From NCBI GenBank assembly GCA_016191105.1, contig JACPPH010000008.1:66667-130666 (forward strand): a stretch of DNA of 64,000 bases. Reading direction: 5' to 3'. Within the stretch, counting starts at the first letter, position 1. Each line of letters opens with the position of its first letter. The DNA is from Candidatus Saccharimonadota bacterium. Lineage in GTDB: Bacteria; Patescibacteriota; Saccharimonadia; CAILAD01; BJGX01. Under the pieces are notes generated by a model. That model was given only the letters and a program-made list of their open reading frames with translations, had not been told where the DNA came from and did no database searches. Positions 28,999 through 38,047 of this stretch are shown here, piece by piece. A program made the position numbers and the translations under genes.

Positions 28999-29637
28999 TT
29001 CTGGTTTACTCAAAATAGCAACCCTATATGTTATTGGGCTGCCCTCTGGCTGATAATCTTTAAGCGCGTACTTAAGGCCGCTCTGCTTAAGAGACGATAG
29101 AAACTTTTGTTCGTTGTAGGGAGCTTCTGGTTCATTGGGGACCTCAAACAGCGGGAAGAGATAAGCCTTACCGCCAGGCCGCAGAACCCGATTGGTTTCT
29201 TTAAGGAAAATATCATAATCACGAGGATCTAAGTAGCCAGGGGCCGACGCACTTGCCACTATTGTGTCAAAACTCTCTGCTTTAAATGGTAGTTCTTGTG
29301 CTAATCCAGCTACTGAGTTTTTTGTCCAGGGCAAATCACTGTGCCATGGAAATTCGTAATGTGAGCCTGTTTTAACTTGATTACGTTGGGATTGTTTAAC
29401 CAGGTGGGGGTCAAGAGAAGTAACTTTTATGCCGTGTCGTGTAGCCTCTCTAGAAAATCTATCTAAATCTCCTGAGCCAAGATCTAAAACATCGCCCTTG
29501 AGATCATCAATCTTTATGTCTCCGTAATACATATATTCTTCAAGGCCCATATTGGAGTTGTTGAGTTTTGTGGCTTTATTTAGCCTTTCCCTGCCAGTTG
29601 GCTCCTTTGGTACGGATGAACGGAGCTGCTCACTCAT
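28978..29637 (-). CDS. class I SAM-dependent methyltransferase
   Basis: VLDLGSGDLDRFS is motif I. Confidence 0.65.
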   Translation of the reverse strand: MSEQLRSSVPKEPTGRERLNKATKLNNSNMGLEEYMYYGDIKIDDLKGDVLDLGSGDLDRFSREATRHGIKVTSLDPHLVKQSQRNQVKTGSHYEFPWHSDLPWTKNSVAGLAQELPFKAESFDTIVASASAPGYLDPRDYDIFLKETNRVLRPGGKAYLFPLFEVPNEPEAPYNEQKFLSSLKQSGLKYALKDYQPEGSPITYRVAILSKPESPGQSN

Positions 29638-29639
29638 TG

Positions 29640-30227
29640 CTACTCTAAAACCACAATCCAGCTAATTAGAATTTTGAATAAGTAGATATTTATTATTGAG
29701 CCGAATACTGCACCCACTAACGATAGCATCCCCATGAATGGATTACTGGTAATGGTGAGTACGAAGGTGGCAAACAGGCTAAGCCAAATGGGGTAGAAGA
29801 ACTTTAATGTTAGCATGCCTAGTACCACAATGGCTGCTAGCAGCCCGGCCTGAACCATCGGTGCCTTAAGGCGTTTTTTGGCTTCGCCACGGTTCACGTA
29901 CTCCTTTTCTACTACCACCTCGTTGCGGGCTTCGTTGTAAACCGAATATAGCGAGTAAATTACACTGTAGGCTATCAGACCCACACCAGCCCAAAACACT
30001 ATCAAGGTGCCAAGATTTATGTAGGCGCTATTGGTAAACTTAGATATTTGCTCGGCAAAACTGTCTTGAACGGCCGTATCGGCCAATACCGTGCCCTGCG
30101 TGGCCTTAAGCAAAATGAGGTTGAAGTTGATGAGTAGGAATATGCCCGCATCGAGCAGCACAATCAGCCATATCTGGCCATGGGTGAGGCCAAAGATCTT
30201 GCGTAGGTTTTCTTTGGACAGCTGCAT
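29640..30227 (-). CDS. membrane protein (hypothetical)
   Basis: Multi-TM ORF immediately upstream of the methyltransferase on the same strand. Confidence 0.4.
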   Translation of the reverse strand: MQLSKENLRKIFGLTHGQIWLIVLLDAGIFLLINFNLILLKATQGTVLADTAVQDSFAEQISKFTNSAYINLGTLIVFWAGVGLIAYSVIYSLYSVYNEARNEVVVEKEYVNRGEAKKRLKAPMVQAGLLAAIVVLGMLTLKFFYPIWLSLFATFVLTITSNPFMGMLSLVGAVFGSIINIYLFKILISWIVVLE

Positions 30228-30248
30228 TTACTCAAGTACGCCTAGGCG

Positions 30249-30983
30249 TTACTGGGCATTCGTGTTGTTGGTGACAGTAAGGTTAATGCCTGTTTTTTTG
30301 CCTGAGCTGCCATTTTGGTCGGTCGTAATGGTAAGTACTAGTTGCTTATCGCCCTGGGTGTAAGAGGTGATAGTGCCGCCACTTACGCTAATGTCGGTAT
30401 TCTCGCTAGTCCAACCATTGGCTGGCAATTGGCTTTTGTAAAAGTCAGACACTTTTTGAGCACTGTCATTGGTTGCCAGGGTTACATTGTAGCCATTATT
30501 GGTTTTAAGGGCGGCAACCGCGTCGCTTGGCTTATAGATTGGCACGTTGCTAGGGAAATCATCGGGAATTTTAACATTGCCGCCAACACTCAGCGATTCG
30601 CCGTTATTACCTTTAACCGAGACCGAGCCGTTGCCAACATCGACCCCGGCTTTCTTGGCGGCATTTTGAATGGCAAAGAATGCGCCCCATACTATCAGCA
30701 AGCCGCCAATCATAATCACAATTGAAATTACAATCGAGGCTACGGCCAGACCTTTGCCGCCCTCTCCACTCTTCTTGATCTGCGAGAGAGCTACAATACC
30801 AAGTATAAGGCCAACTAGCGGGAATAGAATTGCCAGAATAATTGCCGCAATGGCTACACCATTGGTCTTACGTGCTGATGCGGCCGCAGGAGTGGCTGGT
30901 GCAGCAGGTTGAGCTGGCGGTGGAGCCGAAGCTTGAGTTGGTTCTTTTACTGAGTTGTTGGCCGAGGCCTTTTTATTGTCCAT
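30249..30983 (-). CDS. DUF4190-domain membrane protein with Pro/Ala-rich N-terminus and extracytoplasmic domain
   Basis: GVAIAAIILAILFPLVGLILGIVALSQIKKSGEGGKGLAVASIVI is a DUF4190-like segment. Confidence 0.5.
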   Translation of the reverse strand: MDNKKASANNSVKEPTQASAPPPAQPAAPATPAAASARKTNGVAIAAIILAILFPLVGLILGIVALSQIKKSGEGGKGLAVASIVISIVIMIGGLLIVWGAFFAIQNAAKKAGVDVGNGSVSVKGNNGESLSVGGNVKIPDDFPSNVPIYKPSDAVAALKTNNGYNVTLATNDSAQKVSDFYKSQLPANGWTSENTDISVSGGTITSYTQGDKQLVLTITTDQNGSSGKKTGINLTVTNNTNAQ

Positions 30984-31208
30984 TTAATTAAGTCCTTTTT
31001 AGTTATGCTTAAGTTACATAGTAGAGCCAATCTGATTTTTTGACAAGCTTTTAAGCATAGCATTTTCGGTTGGTATTGCATTTTTACCACTATTGTGTTA
31101 GACTGTTCGAGTTACTATTAATAAGATCTACGGTTCGCAAAGCTTATTCTATCCTCGTGCAGGTTCAAGAAAAAGCAGTCCGAGGTAGAATAAGGAGTTT
31201 TATAAAAC

Positions 31209-31457
31209 ATGAAAAAACTGTTTGTAGGCAGTTTAGCGTGGGCAACCACAGACGAATCATTAAAAGAGTTCTTCTCTAGCGTTGGTACTGTTGAATCGGC
31301 CAACGTGGTGACCGACAAGATGACCGGTCGCAGTCGCGGTTTCGGTTTTGTCGAAATGAGCAGCGAAGAAGAAGCCAAGAAAGCCGTCGATGAGCTTAAT
31401 GGCAAAGAACTTGATGGTCGCGAGATCAACGTTTCAGAAGCCCGTTCTAAAGAATAA
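31209..31457 (+). CDS. RRM-domain RNA-binding protein
   Basis: RNP2 LFVGSL and RNP1 RGFGFVEM. AAGGAG RBS and a 5' UTR longer than 100 nt. Confidence 0.85.
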   Translation: MKKLFVGSLAWATTDESLKEFFSSVGTVESANVVTDKMTGRSRGFGFVEMSSEEEAKKAVDELNGKELDGREINVSEARSKE

Positions 31458-31478
31458 AGACTAAAAATAGACTTTCAA

Positions 31479-31508
31479 AACACCCGTTATACTGGCGGGT
31501 GTTTTTGG
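31479..31508 (+). terminator. rho-independent terminator
   Basis: aacacccg-ttatactgg-cgggtgtt followed by tttgg. Confidence 0.6.
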
Positions 31509-31649
31509 TTTATGTATAATTGTCATTATGGGTTCTAATAAAAACAACGCTTTTGACAATATAGTGGTTTAGACAATTTCAGTCCTCGAGATCTAGGTAA
31601 GGTAAAAGCACTTCACAAAAAGCCTTTAAGAGTAACGTAGGCTTATGCC

Positions 31650-32010
31650 GAAGGCGGTCACTGGGACGAAGATCTTAACAATATAGAAAAAGAATATATT
31701 CAGAATGGAGGATATTTATAGCCGGCTTTGTGGGCAACAAGCTAGTTGCTACGGCAGCTTACAGCAGTATATCTAATGCAACAGCGGAACTAAAGCGTAT
31801 GCGGGTCGAGGCTTCATTACAAGGTGTGGGCATTGGTATGAGACTACCAAAGGGCTTGAAGCGATATATGACTCAGAGGCTACAAACAAGTTCAGCTAGA
31901 CACCACAGTAAATCAAATTGCAGCTCAAAAACTTTACGCGAAATCTGGCTATACGGAATTTAAACGACTAACCGAAGGAGCCCCACTGGGGGCATATTCT
32001 ATAAGAAGGA
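31650..32010 (+). pseudogene. GNAT N-acetyltransferase remnant (N-terminally truncated, at least two frameshifts)
   Basis: Motif A ...AELKRMRVEASLQGVGIGMRL lies in one frame. Motif B QKLYAKSGYTEFKR lies in another frame downstream. Confidence 0.5.
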
Positions 32011-32075
32011 TCTTGATTAGCTTGCCTTAGATTACAAAACGGTCTTAAATATAAAGTAATAATTATTGAGGTTGT

Positions 32076-33212
32076 ATGTTCAAAAGATTGTCACGATATA
32101 TAGTAGGGTTTGTCATTCTCTTAAGCGGATTGGCAATGAGCACTGGTTTTGCGGCAGCTAGTAACAGTCCAAACTTGGCAGTTGACTCCGTGCACAACGG
32201 CTTCTATGCAAACAGTGGCCAGGAGCTCAATGTAAACGGCACCGTTAATGGCGACACTTGGCTGGCCGGCAATATCGTACGTGTGAAGGGTACGGTTAAT
32301 GGCAATTTATATGCAGTAGGTAGCGAAGTTGTAGTAGAAGGCAATATTACTGGCAATGCTCACTTGGCTGGCTCAAAAGTTACGGTCAAAGGCACTATTA
32401 ACGGTAGTCTGTATGCAGTTGGTAGCCAAGTAACAATTGACCGACTGGCCAAAGTAAATGGCGGTGTGGTGTTGGCCGGTTCATTGGTTGAGGATAGTGG
32501 TAGCGTGGGCGGCCAAGCTTACGTTTATGGTGCCGAAGTTAACATAAATGGACCAATCGGTGGTAATACCACGATTCGCAGTGGCCAGATTACATTGGGC
32601 GATCAAGCGGCTATTAATGGCGGCCTGCGCTACGATCAAAATGCCAAAATCAGCATTGCTAACGATAAGCGTATTACAGGCTCGGTTACCAAACTGGCGC
32701 CAGCAGCCTCTAAAACCAATCCGTTGCTAGATCGACTACAAGGTCTAATATTTGGCTTATTAGCGAGTCTGCTGCTCGGCCTGGCTATTATTAGCATATT
32801 ACCCGGTAGTACTGTAGCTGTGGCCAACGTTATATGGGATCGGCCGGCTCCGAGTTTTCTGGCAGGTCTGGGCTTTATAATCTTTGTGCCAATTATGTTT
32901 GTGTTACTGTTGGTTATAGCTATTGGCTTACCGCTTGCGGTCGTGCTGGCCATGGGCTATGTAGCAGTTTTAATTGTAAGCCAGGTGTTTGTGGCTGTGG
33001 CGATTGGGCGCAAAGTTCTAAAAAATCCACAATTTAACTTTGGCCAGAATATTAACACTTTGCTAATAGGACTTGGCATATTGAGCATAATTAGTTTAAT
33101 TCCAGTGCTTGGCGCCATAGTCGGGTTTATAGTGGTCTGTTTTGGTAGCGGCGCACTCACCCTACGAGCCTACGAGCGCGTGCTGGCTACCAGAGCCAAG
33201 CAACTCAAGTAG
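32076..33212 (+). CDS. secreted/membrane protein with bactofilin-like beta-helical repeats and C-terminal multi-TM domain
   Basis: Signal peptide, repeated V.V.GTVNG.LYAVGS.V.V.G.I.G units and 4 C-terminal TM helices. Confidence 0.45.
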   Translation: MFKRLSRYIVGFVILLSGLAMSTGFAAASNSPNLAVDSVHNGFYANSGQELNVNGTVNGDTWLAGNIVRVKGTVNGNLYAVGSEVVVEGNITGNAHLAGSKVTVKGTINGSLYAVGSQVTIDRLAKVNGGVVLAGSLVEDSGSVGGQAYVYGAEVNINGPIGGNTTIRSGQITLGDQAAINGGLRYDQNAKISIANDKRITGSVTKLAPAASKTNPLLDRLQGLIFGLLASLLLGLAIISILPGSTVAVANVIWDRPAPSFLAGLGFIIFVPIMFVLLLVIAIGLPLAVVLAMGYVAVLIVSQVFVAVAIGRKVLKNPQFNFGQNINTLLIGLGILSIISLIPVLGAIVGFIVVCFGSGALTLRAYERVLATRAKQLK

Positions 33213-33647
33213 TCGTAGTTCTACCGACATTAAAGCAAACAGGAAGCCAGCTAGGCTCGAGTGTTCCATGTTCGAGGACTGTTTGAGTCCCGACGGTACC
33301 GTCGGGATGAGTTCCGCAGAACTGGAAGCGAGAGAATAGATGGTATTCATGTTTTGTGTCCATGTCGGTGAGTTTGCTTCTTTGCTCAACCAAAGAAGTC
33401 CCGCGCGGACAGCGCAAGGTTTGAAGGGCCTTAACCTTCGGGCAACTATCTTTTGTCTTGGCAAAAAGATAGCAAAACCGTTTGGCCTGTGCTTATGATC
33501 AAGCAGCGCTTAGCCAGTCGTAATTTCCTGTCGCTGTGCGGTTCGCTAGCCAGCGAATTCTCGCAAACAGGAGTGTTGCTTAGTGGCTTAGCTTGCTGAT
33601 CGCAGCAACGGCCGGGAATAATAGCGCTGTTTTAATGCCGGAGAAAG
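33213..33647. other. 435-bp gene-free, hairpin-rich region between convergent genes (candidate structured ncRNA, unassigned)
   Basis: Several perfect hairpins: cccgacgg-tacc-ccgtcggg, cttctttg-ctcaac-caaagaag and tatctttt-gtcttggca-aaaagata. A roughly 140-nt imperfect long hairpin spans about 33476-33612. Confidence 0.3.
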
Positions 33648-34208
33648 CTATTTGGAGCCGCTTTTGCTCTGGATTTCTTTTATGGTCTGAACTACACGGC
33701 CACTATCTTGTAGGTTTTCCCAAAACATAATGCTGCGGCGATCTATATACATAACGTCTTCTGGCCCATGCAGCTCACCACCGAGCTTAGCCAGGCTAAT
33801 TTGTTGGGATTGGTTGTTGCTTTGATTGCTAGGCTGGTTTTGGTTTTGAAACTGTAAATAATAGACGTTGGTGAGCTTTACATAGCTGCCATCAACATTG
33901 CTCATTTTGCCAAAGTAGACCATGCTGTTGTTCAAAAACACGGCCTGGTATTTATCTTTCTTTACGGCCAGCTCATTATAGTTGCCAGTAGCAATTCGAA
34001 ATATTAGCAAACCAATGCCGACCACCAGCACTAAAAGTACCGTAATTAGTATCCAAAAGCCAAAGCGCCTATTTCTGTTAACAGGTGGCCTTGGGTTGTG
34101 CACCTGGTGAGTTTGGGGCTGTGAGTGGGTAGCAGGTCGAGCCCGGTTTGGCTGCATAGAAGAGGGTAAGCCAGAGGGTCTCTGGGGTGTCTGATTGTTA
34201 TGATCCAT
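33648..34208 (-). CDS. single-pass membrane protein with Gln/Asn-rich extracytoplasmic domain (hypothetical)
   Basis: Start set at MDHNNQ with aagga upstream. One TM helix. Confidence 0.45.
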   Translation of the reverse strand: MDHNNQTPQRPSGLPSSMQPNRARPATHSQPQTHQVHNPRPPVNRNRRFGFWILITVLLVLVVGIGLLIFRIATGNYNELAVKKDKYQAVFLNNSMVYFGKMSNVDGSYVKLTNVYYLQFQNQNQPSNQSNNQSQQISLAKLGGELHGPEDVMYIDRRSIMFWENLQDSGRVVQTIKEIQSKSGSK

Positions 34209-34366
34209 ACCTGTAAATCCTTTTACTAACCTAATTATTGTAAACTGCTTATGCACTTTTGCGCAATCCGCCCCTCTATAAAAAGTAAGCCCCATCTATT
34301 GACATCACCTTACAGGTTGCGTAATCTAGGAACATAAGAATAAATTAAGTGAGGAGGAAAAGTTTT

Positions 34367-34570
34367 ATGGCTTTTTCACATGTGAATTCAAAGGGTCAAA
34401 CATATTATCTACACCAGCGGGATGTGACCTTGAAGGGTGGTCGTCAGCAACGCATTTATTTCTTCGCTCGCGAAGAAAAGGATGGTGTGATCGATGAGTT
34501 GCCAGCTGGTTACCAAGTGGTAGAGAATACTCGCACCGGTCTACCAATTCTCAAAAAAGCAGACAAATAA
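34367..34570 (+). CDS. small hypothetical protein (66 aa)
   Basis: GAGGAGG RBS before MAFSHVNSKGQTYYLHQRD.... Confidence 0.45.
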   Translation: MAFSHVNSKGQTYYLHQRDVTLKGGRQQRIYFFAREEKDGVIDELPAGYQVVENTRTGLPILKKADK

Positions 34571-34586
34571 AAATCCAATAATCATA

Positions 34587-34623
34587 AACACCCGCCCGGG
34601 GAACGCCGACGGGTGTTTTTGTT
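34587..34623 (+). terminator. rho-independent terminator
   Basis: aacacccg-cccggggaacgccga-cgggtgtt followed by tttgttt. The stem sequence is identical to the 31479 terminator. Confidence 0.6.
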
Positions 34624-34689
34624 TACTCTTATATGTGTGGTATATAATATAGTTACCATATTATTAAACACAAAAAGGAGGAGTGTTTC

Positions 34690-34878
34690 ATGCAACCAGA
34701 TGAAAGCACAATGCCACAACAAGACGGTGCACAGCCAGGCAGCGGAGACCAAACTGCTCCAGCAGCAGCACCAGCCCCCGCTACCCCGCCAGCTGCACCA
34801 GCCGGTGATGATAATATGGGGGATGTAAAACCAGCCGACCCAGCTGCGCCTGCAGATCCTGCAGCTCCAGCTGCTTAA
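34690..34878 (+). CDS. small Pro/Ala-rich low-complexity protein
   Basis: AAAGGAGG RBS and a PAAPA repeat composition. Followed by a terminator. Confidence 0.35.
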   Translation: MQPDESTMPQQDGAQPGSGDQTAPAAAPAPATPPAAPAGDDNMGDVKPADPAAPADPAAPAA

Positions 34879-34894
34879 AGCTAGTTTTCTCTAT

Positions 34895-34925
34895 AAAAGC
34901 CCTTTGTGATAGGGCTTTTATAGTA
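34895..34925 (+). terminator. rho-independent terminator
   Basis: aaaagccct-ttgtgat-agggctttt followed by atag. Confidence 0.5.
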
Positions 34926-35032
34926 GGGGGCTTATAATAGAATAACTAGACTTGAAAACGTGCTAGTGTAGCTAAACGATTCAAATTGTCGAAGAAATTT
35001 GAATCGAGAGGAGAAACTGTGCGAGAATTACA

Positions 35033-35056
35033 ATAGCACTTTTATAAAGTGCTATA
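35033..35056. promoter_or_regulatory. perfect 24-bp palindrome ATAGCACTT-TTATAA-AAGTGCTAT upstream of the tRNA gene
   Basis: The half-sites resemble the CIRCE half-site TTAGCACTC but with a 6-bp spacer. The central TATAAA may be the -10. Confidence 0.35.
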
Positions 35057-35081
35057 TCAATCAAAGCACAGCTTTGGACGC

Positions 35082-35157
35082 GGGCCCGTAGCTCAGCGGT
35101 CAGAGCAGGCGGCTCATAACCGCTTGGTCGCAGGTTCGAATCCTGCCGGGCCCACCA
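35082..35157 (+). tRNA. tRNA with CAU anticodon, elongator type, most similar to tRNA-Ile2 (lysidine) (alternatively tRNA-Met)
   Basis: Cloverleaf with 7-bp acceptor gggcccg/cgggccc, anticodon loop cuCAUaa, variable loop uggUC and encoded CCA. The anticodon arm GGCGGCUCAUAACCGCU closely matches E. coli ileX by recollection. Confidence 0.55.
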
Positions 35158-35160
35158 TTT

Positions 35161-35946
35161 ATGAATTTGAATTTAGACAAGTTATTGCAAGATGCCTCAG
35201 AAATAGTGGTTGAGGCTGGTAAAAAGCTGATGCCCTATTTTGGGAACATCGAGCATCAAGCTAAAACTCATCCACACGACGTGGTAACCGAACTTGATAA
35301 ATCCACTGAAAAAGAAATTGCGAGCCGACTAGAAAAGTTAGACCCAACAATTGGCTTTCGTGGTGAAGAGTTTGGCTTTAGTAAAAAAGCCGACACTTAC
35401 TGGCTGCTCGATCCAATCGATGGAACCATGCATTTTGTGCGTGGTATGCCATTTTGCACCACAATGCTAGCCTTAATCCACGAGAATAGACCGGTGTTGG
35501 CTATCATAAATAATTTTGTTACCAATGAGCTATTAACTGCTGTTGAAGGAGGTGGGACTTTTTGTAACGGTAAAAGGGTAAATGTAAGTGATCGTCCTAA
35601 CGGTCAGTTCATTCTAAGTCTAGAAACCAAACTAAAAAAACCCGCCAATACTAAACTGCGTGATGAGCTACGCAAACGGGCCTACTTAATCCAGGTTATT
35701 TGTTCGGGGTATGAGTTTTGCCTTGTTGCGCAGGGCAAGATTGAGGGCAGAGTTTGCAAAGATCCACTTGGCTATGACTATGACTTTGCTCCAGGGTGTT
35801 TGCTTGTGAAAGAGGCCGGTGGGGTAGTGACCAATATAGGCAGCACTAAATACGACTTCAGCAATCGTGACCTAATTGCAGCATCTCCCAAACTATACAA
35901 GGAGCTTGTTGAGACCAAGAACGCATTGTTCCCAGTTGGCGAATAA
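35161..35946 (+). CDS. inositol monophosphatase family protein
   Basis: VVTELD...WLLDPIDGT motifs. Confidence 0.8.
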   Translation: MNLNLDKLLQDASEIVVEAGKKLMPYFGNIEHQAKTHPHDVVTELDKSTEKEIASRLEKLDPTIGFRGEEFGFSKKADTYWLLDPIDGTMHFVRGMPFCTTMLALIHENRPVLAIINNFVTNELLTAVEGGGTFCNGKRVNVSDRPNGQFILSLETKLKKPANTKLRDELRKRAYLIQVICSGYEFCLVAQGKIEGRVCKDPLGYDYDFAPGCLLVKEAGGVVTNIGSTKYDFSNRDLIAASPKLYKELVETKNALFPVGE

Positions 35947-35962
35947 CTGTTATGATTAAGTA

Positions 35963-36796
35963 ATGAATTGGCAGCAGATTTGTATATTGATTGGGGCGGC
36001 GGGACTGATTGTTGGTGCTGGCTGGAAGTGGCTTGCACCTTGGCTGCAAAAGGCTAAGCTGGCTCGAGTTAAGTTATCGACTCAGACTCAACCGCCCAAA
36101 GACCTAACCCCGGCTGAGATTGAGTACTTGCTGCAAAATGGGCTAAGCGGTAAGGGGTTGGCGGCCACCCTATTGAGCCTGCACAACCGAGGCATTTTAA
36201 GGGTTATGAGGAATAATAATGACTATGTGCTTTGCTTGCAGAATCTGCACAAGCCAACCAACACGCTCGAAAAAAAGCTACTAATGTTTATATTTACTGG
36301 CAAACTGCACCAACGGGCATTGGCCAGCATTCACTCCGAAACTACCCCAGCATTTATGGCTAAGCTGATTGAAATATTGCGAGGCCAGCTAAATAAGGAA
36401 CACATGTACAAACAGATCCCGCCGCTGCGCAAGCGCGGCTCAATGTTGCTTGGTTTCTTGGCGATCTTTGCTGGAGTGTTAATCATTGCTGGTATAAACA
36501 AAATTTTCCCAGGAAGCTTTCCGGCTGTCTTTGCCCTCGGCGGCATAGTGGGCGGCTGGCTATTAAGCCGGCATGGGCAGTTGAGCCAAGAGGGTCTGCA
36601 TGAACTCGCTCTAATACAGGCATTTAAGCGCTATTTAACCGAAAAGTCTAAGCTAAACGACCAAAAACTTTATTATTCGTATTTACCATATGCGATCGTG
36701 TTGAATGTTGAGCGATCCTGGTCGGCCCGATTCGATGGCATAGCCAGCCAAGCAGAATTTATAAAGGCGGTTGAGCACAAATTCAAGGTAGCTTAG
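35963..36796 (+). CDS. membrane protein (hypothetical)
   Basis: N-terminal TM helix and a TM pair around residue 170. Confidence 0.4.
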   Translation: MNWQQICILIGAAGLIVGAGWKWLAPWLQKAKLARVKLSTQTQPPKDLTPAEIEYLLQNGLSGKGLAATLLSLHNRGILRVMRNNNDYVLCLQNLHKPTNTLEKKLLMFIFTGKLHQRALASIHSETTPAFMAKLIEILRGQLNKEHMYKQIPPLRKRGSMLLGFLAIFAGVLIIAGINKIFPGSFPAVFALGGIVGGWLLSRHGQLSQEGLHELALIQAFKRYLTEKSKLNDQKLYYSYLPYAIVLNVERSWSARFDGIASQAEFIKAVEHKFKVA

Positions 36797-37060
36797 CTAT
36801 TTGCCTTCAAAATGGCGCCGCTTGTTGATCTCTTCTTGCAGCTCAAACGTGCGCTGCATGGCCGGGCTGGGGTTAGAGCGTGAAGACTGGTTGCTAATAA
36901 CTTGTGGCTCGGCTGGCGGGGGACTTAGAGGGTCGAGTTTTCGGGGCGGCAAGGGTTCAACCACAACCTCATCGATTACGGGCGGCTGAGCTGGCACATT
37001 GCCGTAGTGATCGATGAATTTTCTTATTTTAGAACTAGTAGGTTGATCATTGAAGCTCAT
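36797..37060 (-). CDS. Pro-rich small hypothetical protein
   Basis: 87-aa ORF with no motif; weak support. Confidence 0.3.
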   Translation of the reverse strand: MSFNDQPTSSKIRKFIDHYGNVPAQPPVIDEVVVEPLPPRKLDPLSPPPAEPQVISNQSSRSNPSPAMQRTFELQEEINKRRHFEGK

Positions 37061-37135
37061 AGTTAGCCTTATTATACCTGGAATAAAGTAATTTTCCAGA
37101 TTGTACTAGATAAGACTTGTGATACAATAAGGCTC

Positions 37136-37888
37136 ATGGCTCTAATTGAAGTCAAAAAACTCAAAAAAAAATACGACAAACTCTTGGCTGTAAAAGGCAT
37201 TGATTTTGAAGTTCAAGAGGGCGAGGTATTTGGAATTTTGGGCCCCAACGGTGCGGGCAAAACCACCACTCTCGAAATGATGGAGGGTCTCAGACCCATA
37301 ACCGCAGGCTCAATTATAATCGATGGTATAGACGTAAATGCCGATCCAGATTCGGTTAAAGAAATAATTGGCGTGCAACTGCAAGCCTCGGCCTTTTTTG
37401 ATAACTTAAACCTTACCGAACTGCTGCAGGTATTCCGCGATCTATATGCTACCCGCCGTGATCCTCACGAGCTTTTAAAGGAGGTTGGCTTAACCGCCAA
37501 GGCCAAGACTCAAGTTAAGGCACTCTCTGGCGGTCAAAAGCAACGCTTTAGCATAGCGGCGGCTTTGGTAAACGATCCCACGGTGCTGTTTTTGGATGAG
37601 CCTACGACTGGCCTCGACCCTCAAGCTAGGCGAAATGTGTGGGAGTTGGTGCAAGACATACAAAGCAAAGACAAGACAATAATCTTAACCACTCACTACA
37701 TGGATGAGGCCGAGTTGTTGTGCAACCGCATAGCAATCATGGATGCTGGTAAAATTATTGCCCTAGATACGCCTGCGAATTTGATAAACCAGCTGTTAAA
37801 ACGCGGATTTAAAAAGCAGCAGCCGGTGCAAAAAGCCAACTTAGAGGATGTGTTTATTGATTTAACCGGAAAGCATATGCGCGAATGA
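37136..37888 (+). CDS. ABC transporter ATP-binding protein
   Basis: GPNGAGKTTT, LSGGQKQR and LFLDEPTTGLD motifs. Confidence 0.85.
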   Translation: MALIEVKKLKKKYDKLLAVKGIDFEVQEGEVFGILGPNGAGKTTTLEMMEGLRPITAGSIIIDGIDVNADPDSVKEIIGVQLQASAFFDNLNLTELLQVFRDLYATRRDPHELLKEVGLTAKAKTQVKALSGGQKQRFSIAAALVNDPTVLFLDEPTTGLDPQARRNVWELVQDIQSKDKTIILTTHYMDEAELLCNRIAIMDAGKIIALDTPANLINQLLKRGFKKQQPVQKANLEDVFIDLTGKHMRE

Positions 37889-38047
37889 GTCGACATAGTA
37901 TCTTGGCACATTTTGGCGTTAAAGCCTCCAGTCCGCGCTTACTGTACGCTTCGTACAGCTTGCTTGCGGTCTTCGGCCTTGCCTTAAACTGTACACAAGC
38001 TAGCTGTGTTTTGCGTGCGAATACCAAACACTACTCAGGAGCTTGCT

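Noticed and set aside
33213-33647. Assignment of the gene-free structured region as tmRNA, RNase P RNA or SRP RNA
   Set aside because: I looked on both strands for the RNase P P4 motif (GGAAAGUCCGG, ACAGAAnCCGGCUUA), a tmRNA T-arm (GGUUCGAnUCC) with a tag ORF ending ALAA-stop, and the SRP domain IV GGAA apex. None was convincingly present. The region was left as an unassigned candidate.
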